Of a DNA stretch of 29,272 nt, positions 1 through 5,828 are shown one piece after another. The position numbers and the translations under genes are program-made. The stretch spans positions 1 to 29,272 of the forward strand of contig JAKSVZ010000011.1 in NCBI GenBank assembly GCA_024407725.1, read 5' to 3'. Each line of letters begins with the position of its first letter. The stretch's first letter is position 1. Below the pieces are notes generated by a model. The model had not been told where the DNA came from, made no database searches, and was given only the letters and a program-made list of their open reading frames with translations. The stretch comes from Opitutales bacterium. Lineage in GTDB: Bacteria; Verrucomicrobiota; Verrucomicrobiia; Opitutales; UBA9783.

Positions 1-45
1 GAAAAAATCGGCAAAAACCCATCACTCGGTCTTCGCATCATTTTT

Positions 46-151
46 GCTTGACAGAGTAAAGGTTATGTTGTATTATTTATATGTAGGAGTTGGAAAGAGT
101 ACGTTGATTAAAGTTAATTTACTAAACAATCCCTATAATGTCAAGCTTTTT
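46..151. promoter_or_regulatory. Module 1 of a 100/101-bp inverted-motif unit that reads as two face-to-face sigma70-type promoters
   Basis: GCTTGAC at 46-52 and its reverse complement GTCAAGC at 140-146, followed by T5. Plus strand: TTGACA 48-53, 17-nt spacer, TATTAT 71-76. Minus strand: TTGACA 144->139, 17-nt spacer, TAAATT 121->116. An imperfect inverted repeat (82-92 / 127-137) lies between them. Confidence 0.45.
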
Positions 152-228
152 ATCTCATAAGCCCCATTGTAGCTAATCCAAAAATATCAATTTAAAACTT
201 ACCCAAAGAAAACCGCAAAGCATCCCAT

Positions 229-250
229 GGGTTGTTCGCCAACCCTTTAT
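229..250 (+). terminator. Weak intrinsic-terminator-like hairpin between module 1 and module 2
   Basis: GGGTTG 229-234, loop TTCGC, CAACCC 240-245, followed by TTTATAATT. The U-tract is short (3 T, then A/T-rich sequence). Confidence 0.3.
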
Positions 251-257
251 AATTGAT

Positions 258-361
258 GCTTGACTAATTAAGATTAATTAAGTACTATTTTCTTGCACAG
301 AAATAGAGACTTTTATCAATTAATATATTATAATTAACTGTCTCTATTATATCAAGCTTTT
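258..361. promoter_or_regulatory. Module 2 of the face-to-face promoter-like unit
   Basis: GCTTGAC 258-264 and ATCAAGC 351-357, followed by TTTT. Plus strand: TTGACT 260-265, 17-nt spacer, TACTAT 283-288. Minus strand: TTGATA 355->350, 17-nt spacer, TATAAT 332->327. Perfect 9-bp inverted repeat AATAGAGAC 302-310 / GTCTCTATT 340-348. Confidence 0.45.
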
Positions 362-548
362 ATTGATTCGTGCTTAACTAAACCTCAAAAAATATCCCAT
401 CATCGCTTAAATACGCCGCCCTCCATAGGGATATTCAGAACGTACAAAGTCTTAAACACTCAGGGGCTCAATAACAAAAAATCAACAAAAATCGGTAGGA
501 ATTAGAGTCGAAACCTAACTTAATGAATCGGCTCCGCAATCACTTTTG

Positions 549-652
549 GCTTGACTTAGAATGAAAATTTTATAAAATAATTTCTATTCTGTTACACCTG
601 CATGAACATTCAAGTTTATGTTACAGAATATAGCTCTGAATGTCAAGCTTTT
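549..652. promoter_or_regulatory. Module 3 of the face-to-face promoter-like unit
   Basis: GCTTGAC 549-555 and GTCAAGC 642-648, followed by TTTT. Plus strand: TTGACT 551-556, 16-nt spacer, TAAAAT 573-578. Minus strand: TTGACA 646->641, 17-nt spacer, TAACAT 623->618. Inverted repeat 585-596 / 619-630 with one mismatch. Confidence 0.45.
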
Positions 653-689
653 ATAGGAACAAAGCGAACAAACCTGCCCTGTTGATCAT

Positions 690-718
690 AAAAAAGCGCA
701 AAATGATAAAAATTTGCG
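690..718 (-). terminator. Intrinsic-terminator-like hairpin oriented for the minus strand
   Basis: On the minus strand: CGCAAA (718->713), 10-nt loop, TTTGCG (702->697), C, then T6 (695->690). No minus-strand gene or promoter is evident to its right, so what it terminates is unclear. Confidence 0.3.
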
Positions 719-724
719 AAACAG

Positions 725-756
725 GCTTGACGACATCCGGTACTTTCATCCATTGT
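725..756 (+). promoter_or_regulatory. Fourth GCTTGAC copy; candidate promoter of tRNA-Gly
   Basis: GCTTGAC 725-731 (TTGACG 727-732) lies 35 nt upstream of the tRNA. The only -10 candidate is weak (CATTGT 751-756, 18-nt spacer). There is no inverted partner motif downstream. Confidence 0.35.
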
Positions 757-766
757 TAATACAATT

Positions 767-841
767 GCGAGCGTAGCTCAGAGGTAGAGCGCTACCTTGC
801 CAAGGTAGATGTCGTGGGTTCGAACCCCATCGCTCGCTCCA
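767..841 (+). tRNA. tRNA-Gly (anticodon GCC), CCA encoded
   Basis: Cloverleaf folded by hand. Acceptor GCGAGCG/CGCTCGC, D arm GCTC-AGAGGTA-GAGC, anticodon arm CTACC-TTGCCAA-GGTAG, T arm GTGGG-TTCGAAC-CCCAT, discriminator T plus CCA. Confidence 0.95.
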
Positions 842-888
842 GGTTTTATTAAGTAGAACATAAGTTGAACAATGAGATTTAGGAGTGA

Positions 889-1686
889 GTGTCTATGTCA
901 ATGGGAATTACGCATTCCGTAGCGCCGTTAATTCAGGTTCGTAATTTAGTTAAAAACTACCATCAAGAACAAATCTTAAAATCCATCGATGTATCGATTG
1001 AAGAAGGAGATTTGGTATCCATTATTGGGCCATCAGGATGCGGTAAATCCACGTTTTTGCGATGCCTTAATGGGATGGAAATTCTCGATTCTGGTTTTAT
1101 ACAAATCGACGGAATAACCCTAGCGCGCAGTCCTAAAGCGAAAGCTGATAAATCCGATGCCCAATTCAGCAACACAGCGCATGCATTGCGGCAACACGTA
1201 GGGATGGTATTTCAGGCGCTCAATCTATTTCCGCACAAAACCCTATTGCAAAACGTTATGCTAGCCCCAATGGTAGTTCAGCATAAGAGCTACGACGAAG
1301 CGGAAGCGATTGCCCTTAATTTTTTGGATAAAGTAGGCCTAAAAGCCATTGCTCATCGGTACCCAGTACAATTATCTGGGGGTCAGCAACAACGAGGAGC
1401 CATCGCGCGCGCGTTGGCACTATCCCCCAAAGTAATGTTGTACGATGAACCCACATCAGCCATTGACCCGACGCGCGTAGACGAAGTTTTGGATGTTATG
1501 CGCACCTTGGATCAAGAAGGCATGACGCAAATCATTGTGACCCACGAAATGCGTTTCGCAAAAGACGCATCGGATTACATTATTTATATGGAACAGGGGC
1601 AATTCATTGAGATTTCGGATGAGGATGAGATTTTCATCAATCCTAAAGATGAACGCACGCGGCAATTCCTTAAAAAATTCATGTAA
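889..1686 (+). CDS. glnQ: Polar amino-acid ABC transporter ATP-binding protein (GlnQ/ArtP/HisP-like)
   Basis: Walker A GPSGCGKST, ABC signature LSGGQQQR, Walker B VMLYDEPTSAID, H-loop VTHEM. The ORF opens at GTG 889. The in-frame ATG at 895 lies 9 nt after AGGAG (881-885) and may be the true start. Confidence 0.9.
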   Translation: MSMSMGITHSVAPLIQVRNLVKNYHQEQILKSIDVSIEEGDLVSIIGPSGCGKSTFLRCLNGMEILDSGFIQIDGITLARSPKAKADKSDAQFSNTAHALRQHVGMVFQALNLFPHKTLLQNVMLAPMVVQHKSYDEAEAIALNFLDKVGLKAIAHRYPVQLSGGQQQRGAIARALALSPKVMLYDEPTSAIDPTRVDEVLDVMRTLDQEGMTQIIVTHEMRFAKDASDYIIYMEQGQFIEISDEDEIFINPKDERTRQFLKKFM

Positions 1687-3219
1687 ATGAAACGTATCAT
1701 CCAAGGAGTTTTTGTTGGTTTATTGCTCAATTTACAGGTTCTAAACGCTGAACGCGCGGTATTGCGTTGGGGAGGCGATGCAGAATCTGGGGTTCCTCAA
1801 ATCTTTTACGACGTTAAGGATTCAACCAAACTAACGGGGTTTGAGCACGAAATAGTAAAAGCTATTGCGGATTATCTGCAACGGGATTTGGAATTCATCC
1901 AAAACGACTATGAAATGCTTATCCCAGGGTTGCAACGCGGACAATACGATATAGTGATCAATGGGATGCAACGGAATAGTTGGGCTAACAAAGCACAAAA
2001 AGCGCATATTGCATTATCGGAACCCTATTTTATTACCACTTTAGCCGCAACGGTACGCGCTTCCTCCCGTTTCTTACGGTTTTCAGACTGCGTGCATTGC
2101 AAAATAGGAATTTTAAAAGCCACCGATCATAGTGCAAAAGCCGTTAAATTGCTTTCTGGGGCTCAAGCGGTTGTGTATGATGATGAAGCAAAAGCTTACG
2201 ATGATTTAAAGAACGGACGCATTGACTGTGTGTTATTGGAATACCCCGAATCATTCTATTATAGCCTCATCGACTCATCGGTACGGCTGCTAGAAGATAA
2301 AATCGCTCAATGCCCTTATTGTGCGGTTGTACGCAATAACGACCCTGAGTTGTTAAAGCAAATAAACGAAGCCATTCAGGCGTTAAAAGACAACGGCACG
2401 CTACAAGCCATTTATGAACGTTGGGGATTATGGAACGCCGAAACAGCAGCCTACTTTAAGACCACCCATGCGTCATTCGACAAAGCAACGGCTCTAAAAA
2501 GTTATACCAGCAGCCTACAATCGGAAGCAAATGATGAGCATTTTTACCTCCATGCCCTATCGCTTTTTGCACAAGCAGCGCTTATTACGCTCGGAATTTC
2601 ATTTACAGCTATGCTGCTAGCGCTCCTATTGGGCTTTGGAATCGCCATGATGCGTACCTATGCAGCCACTCCTTTGCAAAAACTAGCCGCTGTTTATATT
2701 GAAATTGTCCGCGGAATTCCTTTGTTGGTGCAGTTGTTTATCATCTTTTACGGACTCCCCAACCTAGCGCCTTATTTACCCAAAAGCTTCGAACCCTTCG
2801 TAATCCTCAATCCCATTATTGCCGCGATCATAGGGCTCGCAATCAACTATTCCGCTTATGAAGCAGAAATTTTCCGCTCAGGCTTTTTGTCCATACCGGT
2901 GGGGCAAATGGAAGCTGCGCGCGCTCTAGGAATGACTCATAATCAAGCCTTGCGATATGTAGTATTTCCGCAAACCGTCCGCACGGTATTGCCTCCGATT
3001 ACGAACGATTTCATCATGCTCATGCAAGATTCCTCGTTGGTATCCATGATTACCATCATTGAATTAACGCGCACCTATCAATTATTAGCGGCTTCTCGAT
3101 TTGATTATCTCTGGCTAGGAATTTTGGTTGGAATCTTTTATCTATTACTCGGATTGCCGTTTACCCGTCTCTCTCGTTTCTTCGAAAAGAAGTTAACGCG
3201 TCGTGTACAACGCTACTAA
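1687..3219 (+). CDS. Fused periplasmic amino-acid-binding domain plus ABC permease (GlnPH-type)
   Basis: N-terminal signal-like segment and family-3 solute-binding-like domain, then a multi-TM permease with an EAA-type loop (MEAARALGMTHNQALRYVVFPQ). The ATG abuts the glnQ stop (TAAATG). Confidence 0.85.
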   Translation: MKRIIQGVFVGLLLNLQVLNAERAVLRWGGDAESGVPQIFYDVKDSTKLTGFEHEIVKAIADYLQRDLEFIQNDYEMLIPGLQRGQYDIVINGMQRNSWANKAQKAHIALSEPYFITTLAATVRASSRFLRFSDCVHCKIGILKATDHSAKAVKLLSGAQAVVYDDEAKAYDDLKNGRIDCVLLEYPESFYYSLIDSSVRLLEDKIAQCPYCAVVRNNDPELLKQINEAIQALKDNGTLQAIYERWGLWNAETAAYFKTTHASFDKATALKSYTSSLQSEANDEHFYLHALSLFAQAALITLGISFTAMLLALLLGFGIAMMRTYAATPLQKLAAVYIEIVRGIPLLVQLFIIFYGLPNLAPYLPKSFEPFVILNPIIAAIIGLAINYSAYEAEIFRSGFLSIPVGQMEAARALGMTHNQALRYVVFPQTVRTVLPPITNDFIMLMQDSSLVSMITIIELTRTYQLLAASRFDYLWLGILVGIFYLLLGLPFTRLSRFFEKKLTRRVQRY

Positions 3220-3229
3220 TGGACTCGAC

Positions 3230-4123
3230 ATGTTGTATTACAATCGATACACGCAGGTCATTGAATCCGAATCAACGCCCAGCCATCGTTTACTCAAGTA
3301 TCTCTATGGCACCCCATTAGGGCGGATTATACTCCGTTTATTCCTCATCAAACCCATAACCTCGCGCTGCATTGGGTGGTGGATGTCAACCCGCCGCTCT
3401 AAAAAGCACATTGTGCCCTTTGCAAAGCGGTACCATATCGACTTAAATGCGTTTGAAAAAGCGCCAGAAGCCTATACTCATTTCAATGATTTTTTCTATC
3501 GAAAATTCAAACCAGAGCAGCGTCCCATTGATCCAACCCCCAATGCCCTTTGTTTTCCTTGCGACGGACGGCATTTGGGTTTTCAAACGCTAACCGATAC
3601 CCAACGTTTTTTCATAAAAGGCACCTCGTTTTCCTTAAAAAAACTACTGCAAGATGATGCCCTCTCTCAGCATTTTCACCAAGGAACCTGTGTTATTAGC
3701 CGCCTAGCGCCCATCGACTATCACCGTTTTCATTTTCCCTGCGATGGAATTCCTCAAGCCCCCAAAGCGATTCAGGGGCTATTGTATTCCGTTAATCCAA
3801 CCGCGCTTCAGCACAATTGGCGCATTTTTGCTGAAAACAAGCGCTGCCTTACCGTCATACAAACCCAAAGCTATGGGTTAATCGCCATGATTGAAGTAGG
3901 AGCGTGCTGCATCGGTAGCCTACAAGAAACCTTTCAGCCCAACCAATGCTACCGCAAAGGCGACGAAAAAGGATATTTTGCTTTCGGCGGCTCAACTATC
4001 ATTCTGCTGTTCGAAGCCCAACGGATACAATTGGCGCCTGACTTAATCAATTGCACTCAACACGGTTTGGAGCTCTACGCGCACATGGGCGATGTCCTTG
4101 GAACCGCCATTAAAAATCCATAA
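3230..4123 (+). CDS. psd: Phosphatidylserine decarboxylase proenzyme
   Basis: LAPIDYHRFHFP and the FGGST self-cleavage motif. The ORF opens at GTG 3203, overlapping the upstream gene by 17 nt. ATG 3230 (MLYYNRYTQ...), 10 nt after the upstream stop, is the more plausible start. Confidence 0.88.
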   Translation: MLYYNRYTQVIESESTPSHRLLKYLYGTPLGRIILRLFLIKPITSRCIGWWMSTRRSKKHIVPFAKRYHIDLNAFEKAPEAYTHFNDFFYRKFKPEQRPIDPTPNALCFPCDGRHLGFQTLTDTQRFFIKGTSFSLKKLLQDDALSQHFHQGTCVISRLAPIDYHRFHFPCDGIPQAPKAIQGLLYSVNPTALQHNWRIFAENKRCLTVIQTQSYGLIAMIEVGACCIGSLQETFQPNQCYRKGDEKGYFAFGGSTIILLFEAQRIQLAPDLINCTQHGLELYAHMGDVLGTAIKNP

Positions 4124-5108
4124 AATACCGATGGATTCCTTGTGCAATCGCGTCGGACAAAGTTCTTTGGTAGGCAGGGGATGCGCACTGTTTGCACTCT
4201 TGCGCATTGCTTAAAAACCCACATTCCACCAAAACCGATGGACAGGCGCTTAACCGCAACACCTTCAAATTCTCGCTTCGAACCCCACGGTCTTGCATCC
4301 TTAATGCGTTAATAATCCGTTTTTGGATGCACCATCCTAAGCACCGACTTTGGTCGTTAAAAGGATAGGCATAGCCCGGCATAAAATCGTCCGAAGATGG
4401 CGCACTGTGCGTACCCGGCTGCCCATACAAATGAAATACATAGGTTTCAATTCCTCGCGCAGATAAACTAGGTGCTGAATTATAATGAATGGATACCAAG
4501 GCATCTGCTTTATAGTTAGCGGCTAAATTCGCACGATCATCCAAGGATATATCTCGATCATCTTGGCGGGTTAAATACACTTTATACCCCAACGTCCTCA
4601 ATTTACTGGCTACTTGCAAAGCCGTTTTTAAGGTCAAATCCTTCTCCTTAACCCCATGCTGAATCGTGCCATCCTGACGTCCACCATGGCCAGGGTCAAT
4701 CACAACCGTACGGGTTTTCCGCTTTTGCTTCAGATTCAATCCAAACAAAGGCCGCAAATAATAATGGACATCCAACTGACGCACCCGACATTCAGCCATT
4801 CGCGTTGGCATACCTCCGACGCGTCCGCCTTCCATCGGATAGGTTAAAAAAATTTTAATGCCATCCAACAGCACCTGATTGCTACCCGGCGTTAACACCA
4901 TACGATGGCCGTTTTTCGTTAAAATCACTTGGTTGCTGACCAAACGACATTGAATCTGGTGCCTTTTAGCAAAGGTATCAATTGCAACCCAAGCATTAGC
5001 AGGGATAGGCTCCGAAGCGGTCATGCCAAAGGGGGTTCCTTGGACAATACCCAACGGGCATAACCAAGCCACCAAGCTAACCAAAATCAAATAAAGTTCG
5101 CGACGCAC
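4110..5108 (-). CDS. amiA: N-acetylmuramoyl-L-alanine amidase (Amidase_3, AmiA/AmiC-like) with signal peptide and N-terminal extra domain
   Basis: VVIDPGHGG ... EKDLTL ... GYKVYLTRQDD ... ADALVSIHYNS ... GIETYV pattern. Hydrophobic N-terminus. Lies 2 nt downstream of infC. The 3' end overlaps psd by 14 nt. Confidence 0.85.
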   Translation of the reverse strand: MRRELYLILVSLVAWLCPLGIVQGTPFGMTASEPIPANAWVAIDTFAKRHQIQCRLVSNQVILTKNGHRMVLTPGSNQVLLDGIKIFLTYPMEGGRVGGMPTRMAECRVRQLDVHYYLRPLFGLNLKQKRKTRTVVIDPGHGGRQDGTIQHGVKEKDLTLKTALQVASKLRTLGYKVYLTRQDDRDISLDDRANLAANYKADALVSIHYNSAPSLSARGIETYVFHLYGQPGTHSAPSSDDFMPGYAYPFNDQSRCLGWCIQKRIINALRMQDRGVRSENLKVLRLSACPSVLVECGFLSNAQECKQCASPAYQRTLSDAIAQGIHRYFMDF

Positions 5109-5110
5109 TA

Positions 5111-5701
5111 TTAAGCTCTGGGAGTATTATGCACCAAAACCCGTTTTTCTTTGGGTAGCGGAGATAATAGGACAGAAATATTCGGACCATTTTGCGCAAT
5201 CGATCCATCGGGAGACCCAACATTGGTTAGCGCATTAACCATCTTTTGTACCAACTCTCTTCCGCGCGCACTCAACGGCATCTGATATCGGCGCAAAAAC
5301 AACGAAATTTTAAGCTTATTTCCTTCATAGAGGAATTGCTCACCAGCTCTTAATTTAATACGGAAATCGTTTTCTTCGATCTGAACACCCAATTTAACTT
5401 CTTTTAATTTAGCGATGGTCGCTTTTTGCGATTTACGCTTCTTTTCCAAATCGTACTTATACTTACCCCATTCGATAATTTTGCAAACAGGCGGCTGTAC
5501 ATTGGGAGAAATTTCCACCAAATCTAACCCAGAACGTTGTGCTAACGACAAAGCGTCTTGGATGCTTAGCACTCCAATCTGCTGACCATCTGCTCCTATA
5601 ACACGTACGCTAGATGAACGAATTTGCTCGTTTCTTCGAGGCCCCCTATCCTTCATGGGGAATCGTCTAGGATATTTATTAAATACTTTCCCGGGCACCA
5701 T
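5111..5701 (-). CDS. infC: Translation initiation factor IF-3
   Basis: RRNEQIR-SSSVRVIGADGQQIGV ... GLDLVEISPNVQPPVCKIIEWGKYKY. An alternative in-frame ATG at 5656 (MKDRGPRRNEQIR) gives a more canonical N-terminus. Confidence 0.9.
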   Translation of the reverse strand: MVPGKVFNKYPRRFPMKDRGPRRNEQIRSSSVRVIGADGQQIGVLSIQDALSLAQRSGLDLVEISPNVQPPVCKIIEWGKYKYDLEKKRKSQKATIAKLKEVKLGVQIEENDFRIKLRAGEQFLYEGNKLKISLFLRRYQMPLSARGRELVQKMVNALTNVGSPDGSIAQNGPNISVLLSPLPKEKRVLVHNTPRA

Positions 5702-5734
5702 CGATTTTAACTAAAATTTCCATTTTATGGAGGT

Positions 5735-5764
5735 AGTATACGCCCACAGCTACCCTTTTGTCAA
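5735..5764 (-). promoter_or_regulatory. Sigma70-type promoter for infC-amiA
   Basis: Minus strand: TTGACA 5764->5759, 18-nt spacer, TATACT 5740->5735. The predicted transcription start is near 5728, upstream of the infC ATG at 5701. Confidence 0.5.
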
Positions 5765-5795
5765 AAACATTTTATCGCAGCCCATTGTCACCCAA

Positions 5796-5811
5796 TGGCA
5801 CAAATCCTGCT
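5796..5811 (+). promoter_or_regulatory. Sigma54-like -24/-12 element upstream of the T3SS operon (tentative)
   Basis: TGGCAC-aaatc-cTGCt has the correct GG-to-GC spacing (consensus TGGCAC-N5-TTGCW). It would start transcription near 5822, only about 7 nt before ATG 5829. A match this short could be chance. Confidence 0.2.
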
Positions 5812-5828
5812 GTTATTCATTCTGTTCC

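Noticed and set aside
251-367. MITE-like element with a target-site duplication (ATTGAT flanks module 2 at 252-257 and 362-367)
   Set aside because: Only module 2 shows such flanking identity, while modules 1 and 3 do not. The inverted termini are only 7-8 bp. A 6-nt AT-rich match is easily due to chance.
138-759. Small ORFs starting MSSF at 138..176 (12 aa) and 640..759 (39 aa); AGGAG at 85-89 with a downstream TTG-initiated 18-aa ORF
   Set aside because: The shared MSSF start is an artefact of the conserved ATGTCAAGCTTTT motif. Module 2 has ATA instead of ATG. There is no consistent ribosome-binding site and no conservation of the peptide between modules.
1-766. Replication origin (AT-rich, repeats)
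   Set aside because: I found no DnaA-box-like TTATCCACA/TGTGGATAA sequences and no dnaA or dnaN nearby.
1-766. CRISPR-like or other direct-repeat array
   Set aside because: The conserved elements are only 7-11 nt and occur in inverted orientation. Spacing between modules is irregular (212, 291 and 176 bp), and no cas genes are present.
963-1704. Antisense ORFs 963..1175 and 1456..1704 within and over glnQ
   Set aside because: They lie opposite a gene with unmistakable ABC-ATPase motifs. Their translations are low-complexity with no motifs. These are shadow ORFs.
3203-3229. GTG 3203 as the psd start
   Set aside because: It would overlap the upstream permease gene by 17 nt. ATG 3230 gives an N-terminus typical of the family directly after the upstream stop.
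4656-4847. Plus-strand 63-aa ORF inside amiA
   Set aside because: Shadow of the amidase gene; no start context or motif.
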